From a virus (lineage: Duplodnaviria; Caudoviricetes), in the IMG/VR virus record IMGVR_UViG_3300031994_000011, positions 32,001 to 96,000 of that record: 64,000 nt of DNA; one strand, 5' to 3'. Both the position numbers and the translations under genes were made by a program. Below, in pieces: positions 13,566-23,291 of the stretch (positions within the stretch are counted from its first letter, which is position 1; each line of letters starts with the position of its first letter). The notes beneath the pieces were generated by a model, which was not told the DNA's origin, searched no databases, and saw nothing but the letters and a program-made list of their open reading frames with translations.

Positions 13566-13650
13566 CTAATTTTGAAACGAATTGTAAAATTCGTTTCTTT
13601 TTTATTTGACTAAAATTAAAATTTAGTATATAATATAAAGGGTGAAAGAA

Positions 13651-13998
13651 ATGAAAAACATTTTTATTTATGTAGATTATCTTAAAACCGATTATAGTTT
13701 TTCTAATGTAATCGCGCGCCATCTTAATCTATTAAATAATAATGAAACAATTGATGAAGTTTATATCGCACGCTCGTATAATAAAGCTATTGAATTACTT
13801 GAAACTTATAAAGGTGACAATATAATTATAGATTTAAGCTATAATCTATGTGAAGAAAAAACTGGGCTTGATATTTGTAAATACATTACAAAATTTAAAA
13901 TCCCAATATTATTCTTTCATATTCATTCGGTTGATTTAGAAAAACGTTTTGAAATGAGAGAAGAACTATCACAAAATGGATATAAGGAGTTTTCTTAA
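13651..13998 (+). CDS. Cyclic-phosphate-processing receiver-like domain protein
   Basis: IDLSYNL.E.KTGLDICKYI...FHIHS resembles that receiver family; adjacent to a phosphoesterase. Confidence 0.55.
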   Translation: MKNIFIYVDYLKTDYSFSNVIARHLNLLNNNETIDEVYIARSYNKAIELLETYKGDNIIIDLSYNLCEEKTGLDICKYITKFKIPILFFHIHSVDLEKRFEMREELSQNGYKEFS

Positions 13999-14588
13999 TG
14001 TATAATATTTATTTTACTTCAGACCTACATTTTGGGCATGATAAAGATTTTATGTATGTTCCTCGTGGCTTTTCTTTTATTGAGGAACACGATAACGCAA
14101 TTATTAAAAATTGGAATGAAACCGTGCGGCCGCAAGATTATGTATATATTTTAGGAGATTTAGTCCTTGGCGATTTAGATAAGGGACTAGAAAAATTAAA
14201 TAAACTTAATGGCGCAAAATATATGATTCGTGGCAATCATGACACAGAAAATAAACTTGATAGATATTACATTGAAACCGATATTATGCCTATGGAAAGC
14301 GATGAATATACACTAGCATCTACTTTTCAAATTGGAAAATGGAATTTTTATCTAAGTCATTATCCAGTATGCTTGAATGATTATCGTTGTGCTTCTAGTA
14401 GTAGGAAATGGTGCCTTTGCGGGCATAGTCATACTAAAAATAAATGGCAGGATATTGAAAGATGTAGCTATCATGTAGAATTAGATTGCCATGATAATAG
14501 ACCCGTCTCTCTTGATGAAATTAAAAAAGATATAAATTGGTTTAAAGCATTATCCGACGAAGAAAAAATTAAACTCATAAATAATTGA
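13998..14588 (+). CDS. Calcineurin-like metallophosphoesterase
   Basis: SDLHFGH, LGD, GNHD, SHYP and GHSH motifs. Confidence 0.9.
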   Translation: MYNIYFTSDLHFGHDKDFMYVPRGFSFIEEHDNAIIKNWNETVRPQDYVYILGDLVLGDLDKGLEKLNKLNGAKYMIRGNHDTENKLDRYYIETDIMPMESDEYTLASTFQIGKWNFYLSHYPVCLNDYRCASSSRKWCLCGHSHTKNKWQDIERCSYHVELDCHDNRPVSLDEIKKDINWFKALSDEEKIKLINN

Positions 14589-14636
14589 CTTATTTTTAAA
14601 ATTCTGCTATAATATATATGTAAGAAAGAAAAGGAG

Positions 14637-14861
14637 ATGAAAAAAATGTTCCACTATGAAGTAAGGTACTATGATGAAATTGATGGCGAAAACACTGTTG
14701 ATGAAGGAATTGTTTACGGTCAGGACATTGATGAAGCTGCGAAAGAAGTTAAATTTTATTATGGTCGCGTTAACGTAATTACTGTTTCCCTTACTCCTCT
14801 TGAAGATGAAAAAGTAATGTCTCTTTCGGCAATTAAGGAAGAATTTAAGATGGAGGGATAA
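14637..14861 (+). CDS. Hypothetical protein
   Basis: Promoter, RBS and ORF. Confidence 0.7.
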   Translation: MKKMFHYEVRYYDEIDGENTVDEGIVYGQDIDEAAKEVKFYYGRVNVITVSLTPLEDEKVMSLSAIKEEFKMEG

Positions 14862-15015
14862 TTATGAGGAAGCTAGTATTTTCATCTCGTTGGTCTAAAG
14901 TAAAGCAAGCACTTGAGGAAGATAACTGGCAGACTTACGCGCTTCGCACAAATTGCGGCCAAAGAATGCGCTACCGCTTGCTCGTATACAAACAAATATA
15001 AGAGAGGATAAATAA

Positions 15016-15663
15016 ATGAGAAAGTACGAAAAAATTGAAACTATCTATGCTCGGGATACTCAAGGAACGAAGAAACTGATTCCTGGTGAGTTTAGAGATG
15101 AAACTATTCATTCGCTTGCTAATATTAGGTGGATTTGGACTGAAAAAGTAGATGGCACGAATATTCGCATTTATTGGGATGGACATAAAATCAGTTTTGG
15201 TGGTCGGACTGACTCAGCAATGATTCCTAGTCCTCTCATGAATCGGCTTAATGAACTATTTGGCGGTACAGTAAATGAGGAAGTATTTGAACAAATCTTT
15301 GGTGAAAAAGAAGTGATTCTTTTTGGCGAAGGTTATGGTAACAAAATTCAAAAAGTTGGAAAAGACTACTTGCCCGATAGTGTAAACTTTATTTTGTTTG
15401 ATGTACTTATTGGAGATAACTATCAGCCTAGAGGAACTGTTGAAAAAATCGCGGCAGCTTTTAATGTTCCTGTTGTTCCTATTGTTGGATATGGTACTCT
15501 ATATGATGCAATCAGTTATGTAGAGGCCAATCCTAAGTCTATTGTGGCGCAAGAACGTTGTAGCATGGAAGGTATTGTATGCAGGCCTGAAATGGAATTG
15601 CGCGATAGGTGCGGCAATAGGATTATCGTAAAAATTAAGTGGGAAGATTTTAAAACAATTTAA
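15016..15663 (+). CDS. ATP-dependent RNA ligase, Rnl2-like
   Basis: Nucleotidyltransferase motifs EKVDGTN, FGEGYG, FILFDV, EGIV and IVKIK; no OB domain. Confidence 0.85.
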   Translation: MRKYEKIETIYARDTQGTKKLIPGEFRDETIHSLANIRWIWTEKVDGTNIRIYWDGHKISFGGRTDSAMIPSPLMNRLNELFGGTVNEEVFEQIFGEKEVILFGEGYGNKIQKVGKDYLPDSVNFILFDVLIGDNYQPRGTVEKIAAAFNVPVVPIVGYGTLYDAISYVEANPKSIVAQERCSMEGIVCRPEMELRDRCGNRIIVKIKWEDFKTI

Positions 15664-15677
15664 TATGAGGTGAGAGA

Positions 15678-15917
15678 ATGGCTTATCATCACATTAGAAG
15701 TTGGAGACGACATCAAGATTGGACTAAAGCCCTTCATAAGCGTGAAATGGACAGAGAAGTAAAACCTGGTTCTAAAGATACTTATGATAATTTACATCAG
15801 TATAGTAAAAATAAAATAGGCAATTCTTCCCAAAAAGAATCTTACTACGGTAAAAGAATCAATGAACGTAAACAATATGATAGTTTGACAGAGCAGGAAA
15901 AAACTTATACAATTTAA
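15678..15917 (+). CDS. Hypothetical basic protein
   Basis: RBS and ORF. Confidence 0.65.
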   Translation: MAYHHIRSWRRHQDWTKALHKREMDREVKPGSKDTYDNLHQYSKNKIGNSSQKESYYGKRINERKQYDSLTEQEKTYTI

Positions 15918-16090
15918 TAGAATTTATAGGCGCAGTACAGCAAATTCAGAACAATAAATTGGCTATTTATTTATTCGCGCGCCTAGTTATAAAATTCCGC
16001 TTTAGCGGAATTTTTTTATTTTTTCTCTTGACTTTCTTTTAAATTTCTGCTATAATATTTATGTAAGAAAGAGAAAGGAAGGTAAGAAAA

Positions 16091-16936
16091 ATGGCCGTTG
16101 CTAAATCTTATGAGAACATGGAACTGATGGGCCAGCCTTTTGAACGCAACAGTAAAATGTATGTTAAGGTTAAGAGCAAGTGCCCTCGCTGTGGTGGCTC
16201 TGGTCATTATTCTTACAACCAGATGGATGGCACCCGTTGCTATGGTTGCGGTGGAAGCGGCATTAAAGTAATGGAAGTGCGCTGGTATACTGATGCTCAG
16301 CGTGCCTCTATGGATAAGGCCGCTGAAAAACGCGCGGCTGAGCGAGTTGCTAAGCAGGAAGCTCGCCGCGTAAAATTTGCCGCGCGCAATGCTTTTGGTT
16401 TCGGTGAAAAAGGCTATATCACTCTTATTTGGGGTGATAATGAAGAAATTAAAAAATGGCGTGAAGATCTTCCTGAACATACTGTCTGGTATAATAATTT
16501 CTTTGGTTGGTTTATTCCCTCTAACCGTGAGTATGAAGGACTTGAAATTCCCGAAAATATTAAGCATGAGAAGTTTGATTGGGAAAAAATTCGTAATAAA
16601 GAAGACCCTGAGAACCTTGAAATGATTGATAACGAAGAAGTTAAAAAGATCGTTCAAGAAATTATTTATGAACCTAGTAAAAGCGAGTATCAGGGTGAGG
16701 TGGGTCAGTGGCTTGAAAAAGATGTAAAAATTACTAAGCGGCTTGCTTTTGAATCTAACTATGGCGTAAGTAACATGCATATTATGGAAGATGCCGATGA
16801 AAATGTGTATATCTGGAATACCAGTTCTAAGTCTCTAAATGAAAATCAAACTTATCATCTTAAAATGAAAGTTAAAGAGCACAAAGATTATCAGGGAACC
16901 AAACAGACTGTTGTATGGTATTGTAAAGTAAAATAA
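16091..16936 (+). CDS. Zinc-finger (CxxCGGxG twice) protein with probable C-terminal OB fold
   Basis: CPRCGGSG...CYGCGGSG; C-terminal VKEHKDYQGTKQT. Confidence 0.7.
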   Translation: MAVAKSYENMELMGQPFERNSKMYVKVKSKCPRCGGSGHYSYNQMDGTRCYGCGGSGIKVMEVRWYTDAQRASMDKAAEKRAAERVAKQEARRVKFAARNAFGFGEKGYITLIWGDNEEIKKWREDLPEHTVWYNNFFGWFIPSNREYEGLEIPENIKHEKFDWEKIRNKEDPENLEMIDNEEVKKIVQEIIYEPSKSEYQGEVGQWLEKDVKITKRLAFESNYGVSNMHIMEDADENVYIWNTSSKSLNENQTYHLKMKVKEHKDYQGTKQTVVWYCKVK

Positions 16937-16978
16937 TCCACAGCCTTGATAAAGGCCAAGATGAAAGGAGAATATTAT

Positions 16979-18517
16979 ATGAATGAACTTTTAAAGGCTC
17001 TTAAAGAAAATTTCAACACTACTCTTACTGAAAATGGCGCGACCACATATAAGTCTACACTTGATAGTGTATATGATATGTTCGCGCTGGGTGGCGCGTA
17101 TCGTGAACGCTCTGATGAAGATGTTATTATGCTTTTTAAAAAGGCATATCAGCAAGATCCTACGCTTGCTATGAAGTGTCTATTTTATCTTCGTGATGTA
17201 ACCGAAGGCCAAGGAGAAAGACGCTTTTTTAGAGTTATCATTAACTGGTTGGCGCGCACAATGCCAGAAGAAGCACTTAATTTCCTAAAGCAAATTCCAG
17301 AATATGGAAGATTTGATGACTTGTATTCACTTATTGGTGCTTCTATTGATGAGGATGTATTTCGTTTTATTAAATCTCAGTTAATTGCTGACCTACATAC
17401 TGATACACCTTCTCTACTTGCTAAGTGGCTAAAGTCAGAAAATGCTTCTTCTCCAGAAACTAAAAAGCTTGCTACAGAAACTAGGAAGCATCTAGGTCTT
17501 ACTTCTGCTCAGTATCGTCATATGCTTTCTATGCTTCGTAATAGAATAAAAATCGTTGAGACTCTTATGTCTCAAAATCGTTGGACTGAAATTGAATTTG
17601 ATAAAATTCCTAGCCGTGCTGGATTTATTTATCGTAAGGCATTTGCTCGTAATGAACTTATTGGCGATAAGTATGCCGAATTTATGAGTAAACCTAATAC
17701 TACGGTAAATGCGAGAACTCTTTATCCTTATGAAGTCGTTGAAAAAGCAGCTAAGCTAGCCAATGGTGGATGGGGTAGTCTTCCTTCTATTGATGATGTA
17801 GAAAGAATTACTATAAATAAATATTGGGACAATCTTACCGATTATTTCAATGGTGCTACTCTTAACGCACTTGCTGTGGTAGATACATCTGGCTCTATGT
17901 GGGGACAACCCATTAACGTAGCTATTTCTCTTGGCCTATATTGTGCGGATAAGGCAAATGGACCTTTTAAGAATCATTTTATTTCCTTTAGCCGCAATCC
18001 TAAACTAATTGAAACCGTAGGTGTAGATTTCTGTGATAAAGTTAATAGAATTTATCAGCAAAATTTGTGTGAAAATACTAACATTGAAAAAACTTTTGAT
18101 TTAATTCTAAATATCGCAAGAAAAAATAATTTATCACAAAAAGAACTACCTGAGTCTCTTATTATAATTAGCGATATGGAATTTGATGCAGCAATCAGTA
18201 ACTATGATTATTATAGAGAATCTAATGGGAATAGCAGCCTAATAGAGAATATTGAAAGAAAATGGAACGCGTTCGGATATAAAATGCCGAAACTGGTTTT
18301 TTGGAATGTTAATGCGCGCCATGATAATATTCCTATGAAAGAAAGAAATGGTATTACTTTTATATCTGGTTGTTCTCCTGTAATTTTTGATATGATTATG
18401 TCGGGAAAAACTGCTAAAGAACTCATGCTAGATAAACTACTATCTGATAGGTATGCTAAAATCTTTTCTGTAACTGATCATAAATATTTGCTATATAAAA
18501 ATCTTATAAATACTTGA
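16979..18517 (+). CDS. DUF2828-type (TROVE/Ro-like helical + vWA) protein
   Basis: TENGA, FYLRD...GQGERRFF, SLLAKW, DTSGSM (MIDAS), ISDMEFD and FWNV motifs. Confidence 0.85.
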   Translation: MNELLKALKENFNTTLTENGATTYKSTLDSVYDMFALGGAYRERSDEDVIMLFKKAYQQDPTLAMKCLFYLRDVTEGQGERRFFRVIINWLARTMPEEALNFLKQIPEYGRFDDLYSLIGASIDEDVFRFIKSQLIADLHTDTPSLLAKWLKSENASSPETKKLATETRKHLGLTSAQYRHMLSMLRNRIKIVETLMSQNRWTEIEFDKIPSRAGFIYRKAFARNELIGDKYAEFMSKPNTTVNARTLYPYEVVEKAAKLANGGWGSLPSIDDVERITINKYWDNLTDYFNGATLNALAVVDTSGSMWGQPINVAISLGLYCADKANGPFKNHFISFSRNPKLIETVGVDFCDKVNRIYQQNLCENTNIEKTFDLILNIARKNNLSQKELPESLIIISDMEFDAAISNYDYYRESNGNSSLIENIERKWNAFGYKMPKLVFWNVNARHDNIPMKERNGITFISGCSPVIFDMIMSGKTAKELMLDKLLSDRYAKIFSVTDHKYLLYKNLINT

Positions 18518-18542
18518 CTTTCTTTTAAATTTATAGTATAAT
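18514..18542 (+). promoter_or_regulatory. Sigma-A promoter directly upstream of the amber suppressor tRNA
   Basis: TTGACT-17-TATAAT. Confidence 0.85.
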
Positions 18543-18569
18543 AAAACAGTAAGGGGAGAAATCCCTTAT

Positions 18570-18642
18570 GGCGGTATCTTCTAGTGGTCTAGGAAAACGG
18601 TCTCTAAAACCGATAACCCGGGTCCGAATCCCGGTACCGCTA
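18570..18642 (+). tRNA. Amber suppressor tRNA(CUA) with a tRNA-Glu-like body
   Basis: Acceptor GGCGGTA/TACCGCT; D arm TTCT-AGTGGTCTA-GGAA; loop CT-CTA-AA (anticodon 18604-18606); 4-nt variable loop TAAC. Confidence 0.92.
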
Positions 18643-18646
18643 CTCT

Positions 18647-18756
18647 TAAGAGATGGCTGAATGGTTAAGGCAGCCTACCGAAGAGTAGGCGTAGGACGTT
18701 CGATTCGTCTTTAGGTTGAGGTAAACCATAGTGGGTTCGATTCCCACTTCTCTTAA
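18647..18756 (+). ncRNA. Atypical tRNA-Ser-like RNA with two T-arms and no clear anticodon
   Basis: Ser-type 5' end and terminal T-arm; an extra AGGACG-TTCGATT-CGTCTT hairpin lies in the anticodon region. Confidence 0.6.
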
Positions 18757-18759
18757 TAT

Positions 18760-18900
18760 TGGGGTGTAGCCAAATGGTAAGGCAACGGACTTATCAGGAT
18801 AGCATAACGCAATGCGCTCCGGCAGGAGAGAAGCGTGGGTCATAACCAGCTCCTGATGCAATGACTCCGTGATTTGCTGGTCCGATTCCAGCCACCCCAG
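18760..18900 (+). tRNA. tRNA-Gln(UUG) with a 69-nt tRNA-like insert (18793..18861)
   Basis: Removing the insert restores ACGGA-CT-TTG-AC-TCCGT; U1:A72 acceptor. Confidence 0.9.
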
Positions 18901-18923
18901 CTATTTTATTATTGGAGGCTAAT

Positions 18924-19364
18924 ATGCGTCAAATTATTATTGTTCGTAAAGATTTGAATATGAATTCCGGTAAACTTGCGGCACAGGTGGCGCATGCTTC
19001 CTTGGCTTTTATTTCTAATGCTATTCGTAATTGCGTAGAATGTTCAAGTTTAAGTCAAAATTATCTTATAAGTTTGAAAATTCCAAAAGATGTATACGAA
19101 CAGTGGTTCTGTGGAATATTTACTAAGACCGTTTGTGAAGCCAAAAATCACAGACAAATAATGAAAGCTATATCTATTGCCGAAGAGATTGGTCTTAAAG
19201 AAGGCACAGATTTTTTTCTCATTAAAGATGCTTGCCTTACAGATCTAGAACCAGAAGAAATCGATGAAAATGGGCAAGGCCGTACTCTTACTTGTATTGG
19301 TTTCAGGCCTCTTGACGATGAGACAGCTTGGAAAATTTCTAAAAAATTTCAACTGTATCACTGA
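18924..19364 (+). CDS. pth2: Peptidyl-tRNA hydrolase, Pth2 family
   Basis: QIIIVRKDLNMNSGKLAAQVAHAS, IKDACLT and TCIGFRP motifs. Confidence 0.9.
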   Translation: MRQIIIVRKDLNMNSGKLAAQVAHASLAFISNAIRNCVECSSLSQNYLISLKIPKDVYEQWFCGIFTKTVCEAKNHRQIMKAISIAEEIGLKEGTDFFLIKDACLTDLEPEEIDENGQGRTLTCIGFRPLDDETAWKISKKFQLYH

Positions 19365-19444
19365 TGCTATTAGTGCCCAAATCATGTCTCCATGATTTAC
19401 TGGTCCAGACTCAGCTTTGCAACTTTTTATTTTAGGAGGTAATT

Positions 19445-20017
19445 ATGGATCTTAATAGTGATGCTAATTATGACAATAAATTTTATGAAGTTTATCCTTC
19501 TCTTGAGGTGTCAGAAGAAGTAAAAAAAGAAAATAAACGTCTTTGTGATACTTATCCTTTTTTAATTCCTTCTAATCGTTTTAGTGGAAAGCGCATCAAC
19601 AGTGGTGAGGAAGGATACTGGCCAGGGACTCCAGAAGTAATGCCACAATGGGACTATGAATATACTGAATTAGATGAAATGCCAGACGGTTGGAGAAAAG
19701 CATTTGGAGAACAAATGTGTCAAGAGATAAAGCAAGCACTTCTTGATGTAGGTGAAGTTGGAGAAAAATTACTTGATAGATATAGAATAGTACAAATTAA
19801 AGAAAAATATGGATATTTGCGTTGGTATGATAATTTTTCTACTAATAAAATTCAAGGAATAATTCGTAAGTATGAAACCATTAGTCAATATACTTGTATA
19901 CATTGTGGCGCGCCCGCAACTAAAATTACTCGTGGATGGATTATGCCGGTTTGTGATGCTTGCGTTCCAGAGAATACTGACACTTTGCCTGTTAAAGAAT
20001 ATTGGGAGAATTGGTAA
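19445..20017 (+). CDS. Conserved phage hypothetical protein
   Basis: QIKEKYGYLRWY motif and a C-terminal CxxC pair. Confidence 0.7.
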   Translation: MDLNSDANYDNKFYEVYPSLEVSEEVKKENKRLCDTYPFLIPSNRFSGKRINSGEEGYWPGTPEVMPQWDYEYTELDEMPDGWRKAFGEQMCQEIKQALLDVGEVGEKLLDRYRIVQIKEKYGYLRWYDNFSTNKIQGIIRKYETISQYTCIHCGAPATKITRGWIMPVCDACVPENTDTLPVKEYWENW

Positions 20018-20088
20018 TGAAATTGTATACAAGTTATTGGGCACTGATAAAATAAAATCTTATATTGGTGAATTAAAGGAGAATTTAA

Positions 20089-20307
20089 ATGTATATAATT
20101 CCTTGTCCTAAATGTGGAAGAATGCCTAAAATTTATGAATGTATTCCAATAAAAGAGAAAAGACATAGAATAATTTGTTGTCCTAATCTTTGTTCTGTTA
20201 TCTCTACAAAAGAAAATGGATTTTTTAAATTTTATGTCACATATTTAGGAAATGGAGATGACAATACTCTTTTTAAAGAATGGAATAAAATGTTATCTAT
20301 TGACTAA
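20089..20307 (+). CDS. Small Cys-rich hypothetical protein
   Basis: CPKC; RBS. Confidence 0.6.
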   Translation: MYIIPCPKCGRMPKIYECIPIKEKRHRIICCPNLCSVISTKENGFFKFYVTYLGNGDDNTLFKEWNKMLSID

Positions 20308-20358
20308 TAATAAAAATTATATTATAATATATATGTAAGAAAGAGAAAGGAGAAAGAA

Positions 20359-20733
20359 ATGAAAATTATTGATTTTGAGCGTAAGGGCAATATAGTTCGT
20401 TTTTATCTTGGAGAAGACAGTCTTACTGAATGGTATGGCGATGATTGGGATGATGTGCCCTACGAGCATAATGCTGGAAGAGTTTATGATGAATTTATCT
20501 CCTCCTATAAAGATATAGCTTTTCCTTTTGATTTCACAGTGTTGGAACCTAAGAATGATTATCATTTCAATGGAAATTCTCCTTGGAGTAAAAAAGATAT
20601 GATTGCACGAAAAGTACCATGTATTATAGTAGCTCCAAAGGATGATGAATTCTGGGCAGATGAAAGTTTTATACTTTATGTTGCAAATGATAATGTTCAA
20701 AGATTTTACTTTGGCGATAAAATGGAACCTTAA
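20359..20733 (+). CDS. Hypothetical protein
   Basis: Promoter and RBS; WYGDDWDDVPYEHNAG. Confidence 0.75.
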   Translation: MKIIDFERKGNIVRFYLGEDSLTEWYGDDWDDVPYEHNAGRVYDEFISSYKDIAFPFDFTVLEPKNDYHFNGNSPWSKKDMIARKVPCIIVAPKDDEFWADESFILYVANDNVQRFYFGDKMEP

Positions 20734-20763
20734 TATTTAATATATAAAATATAGGAGAAAATT

Positions 20764-21315
20764 ATGAATAGTATGCTTAATGGAATGTTTGGAAAAATTG
20801 CCCCTGGCATGTGCCGTGTCTCTATGAATGGTGAAATTGCTATTAAAACCTCTAATGGTTATAAGACATATAATGTAGAAACTGGTACGCTAACTAATTG
20901 TGATAATTTCGCATTTGATATTGGTGAAGATTTCTTCTTCATTATCCCAACCAATAAAGTTCACAAGGGAGACATTATTCTCGCGGGCGGTAAACCTCGT
21001 TGCGTAATTGAAGCCGCGGCGAATGAAATTAAGACATTCTGCTATGAGGATGGTACTATTGGAACTATTGTTCCCGAACACCACATGTTTATGGGTAAGC
21101 AGTATTTCTATGGTAAGATTGTCTCGATGTTCGGTAATATGATGAGCGAAAAGGGTGGCATGAATAACATGATGAAGTATATGATGATGTCTGAAATGAT
21201 GAAAGGCAACAGCAATACTAATTCTATGCTACCAATGATGTTCATGATGAACGGCGGCCTTAACTTTGACGGAATTTTTGATATGGACGAAGAGAAAGAA
21301 AAGGAGGATAAGTAA
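20764..21315 (+). CDS. Hypothetical protein with Met-rich C-terminus
   Basis: RBS; first gene of a tightly coupled three-gene unit. Confidence 0.75.
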   Translation: MNSMLNGMFGKIAPGMCRVSMNGEIAIKTSNGYKTYNVETGTLTNCDNFAFDIGEDFFFIIPTNKVHKGDIILAGGKPRCVIEAAANEIKTFCYEDGTIGTIVPEHHMFMGKQYFYGKIVSMFGNMMSEKGGMNNMMKYMMMSEMMKGNSNTNSMLPMMFMMNGGLNFDGIFDMDEEKEKEDK

Positions 21316-21317
21316 GT

Positions 21318-22166
21318 ATGGGTGGCGGTACATGGACTACCACAGCTTATAATGCTAGTATCAAAAGCATGGGCTTCAAGAACGCAACCTCTGTAAGTTA
21401 TACTAGTAATATCCAGTCGATTTATAAAGAAAATCATCTACACCCTCTGCTGAATCCTTATGGAGTTACTCGTGAATGTCGCGACACGGAAGAGCATCCA
21501 GAAACAATTCCGGTTATTCTCGCGCTAGATGTTACTGGAAGCATGGGACGGGCAGCCGCAATGTGCGCGGGAAAACTAGATGAAGTAATGCAGGAACTTT
21601 ACTCAAAAGTAAAAGATGTAGAGTTTCTAATGATGGGCATTGGCGATTTGAGTTATGACGACGCGCCAATCCAGGCTTCACAATTTGAAAGCGACATCCG
21701 TATTCTAGACCAGACTACAAAGATTTATTTTGAAGGTGGTGGTGGCGGCAATTCGTTTGAATCCTATACTGCCGCTTGGTATTTTGGTCTACATAACACC
21801 GAGCTTGATTGTTGGAAACGTGGAAAGAAAGGTGTCATCATCACACTCGGTGATGAACCACTAAATCCATATCTTCCCGGTCATGATTTAAGTAAAGCAC
21901 TTGGATGCCCCGCACAGGATGTTAATACCCAAGAACTTTATAAAGAAGTCTGTGAAAAATTTGATGTATATCATATTGCTATTACCAATGAAAGTAGTTA
22001 TAGGCATTACGATGAAGAAATTAAGAACACTTGGGGCAAACTTCTAGGCCAACATTTAATCATCGCGTCTAGTGAAGAACTACCAAAGGTAATCGGTGAA
22101 ATTGTAGCAGAACATGAAAATGGCATTAGTACAATTAAGGTAACAGGGGAAGGAATTAGTTGGTAA
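21318..22166 (+). CDS. vWA-domain protein
   Basis: LALDVTGSMG (MIDAS), EGGGGGNSFESY and ITLGDE motifs. Confidence 0.85.
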   Translation: MGGGTWTTTAYNASIKSMGFKNATSVSYTSNIQSIYKENHLHPLLNPYGVTRECRDTEEHPETIPVILALDVTGSMGRAAAMCAGKLDEVMQELYSKVKDVEFLMMGIGDLSYDDAPIQASQFESDIRILDQTTKIYFEGGGGGNSFESYTAAWYFGLHNTELDCWKRGKKGVIITLGDEPLNPYLPGHDLSKALGCPAQDVNTQELYKEVCEKFDVYHIAITNESSYRHYDEEIKNTWGKLLGQHLIIASSEELPKVIGEIVAEHENGISTIKVTGEGISW

Positions 22167-22167
22167 T

Positions 22168-23244
22168 ATGGAAGTCAAAGTTGTAATTGGCAGTAACTAT
22201 GGCGATGAAGGCAAGGGACTAGTATCAGCAAATCTCGCGCGCGTGGCAAAGCAAGAAAATAAAAAAACTCTAACCGTATTCTATAATGGTACTACACAGA
22301 GAGCACATTCATTTGGAGATACAGTACGTCATTGTACCGCCGCTGGCGAAGGATTTGGTAGTGATACTTATTATCATCCTATGTTTGTAGTTGATCCAAT
22401 TGCACTTTGGCTTACCCAGTCTTATGTGTATATTGACCCAAATTGTCGTGTAATTCTACCTTGCGATGTTATGGACAATCGCAAGATAGAGAAAAGCCGC
22501 GGTGACAAGCGTCATGGCTCATGTGGATTAGGTCTATTCGCTGCGGTAAAACGCAGCAAAAAATTAGAAGATAATGTTGTAATTAATGATTTTCATAGTC
22601 CATATAATCTATATTTTAAATTAAAAGAAATTGAACGACGTCATCCAACAGAAAAAGATACGCTATATAATATTGATATGTTTATGCGGGCGGTCGCGTG
22701 GATTGTGAATAATTGTAGAATTATTACATTTGACAACTTGGTAAAAAATCATCAGTATGATACAATTATTTACGAAGGCGGACAAGGACTACTACTTGAC
22801 CAAACCAATATGGATGATTTTCCGCACTTAACTCCTTCCAGTGTAGGTATGTACAATATTACACATGATATTAATAAATTAAATTGTACGCCTGAACTAT
22901 TCTATGTTTCGCGCACTTATATGACACGACATGGCGCGGGCCCCATGGAATTTGAATGTAAAAAAGAAGATATTAATCCAAGCATTGTTGACAATATTAA
23001 TCAACCAAACGAATGGCAAGGCACTTTAAGATTTGGTTATATTGATTTAGAAACTCTTTATAAACGTATACAAAAAGATGCCGCGTTATATAATAATAAT
23101 TCAAATATTAATCTTGTTTTTACTCAATTAAATTACACTAATAATAAAATTGAAACAAATAAAGGCCGAGTAGATATTATTAAACCAAACTTTTGTTCAA
23201 AAATTTATGTTTCTACTGATAAATTTTATATATATAATATTTGA
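22168..23244 (+). CDS. purA: Adenylosuccinate synthetase-like protein
   Basis: IGSNYGDEGKG, HGSCGLG, YEGGQGLLLD, LTPS and TRHGAGP motifs. Confidence 0.8.
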   Translation: MEVKVVIGSNYGDEGKGLVSANLARVAKQENKKTLTVFYNGTTQRAHSFGDTVRHCTAAGEGFGSDTYYHPMFVVDPIALWLTQSYVYIDPNCRVILPCDVMDNRKIEKSRGDKRHGSCGLGLFAAVKRSKKLEDNVVINDFHSPYNLYFKLKEIERRHPTEKDTLYNIDMFMRAVAWIVNNCRIITFDNLVKNHQYDTIIYEGGQGLLLDQTNMDDFPHLTPSSVGMYNITHDINKLNCTPELFYVSRTYMTRHGAGPMEFECKKEDINPSIVDNINQPNEWQGTLRFGYIDLETLYKRIQKDAALYNNNSNINLVFTQLNYTNNKIETNKGRVDIIKPNFCSKIYVSTDKFYIYNI

Positions 23245-23291
23245 CTTCTAATAAAAATTATATTATAATATATAGGTAAGAAAAAGGAGGA

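Noticed and set aside
22168-23244. PurZ (Z-genome)
   Set aside because: It retains the PurA-type Asp in GDEGKG rather than the Ser typical of PurZ.
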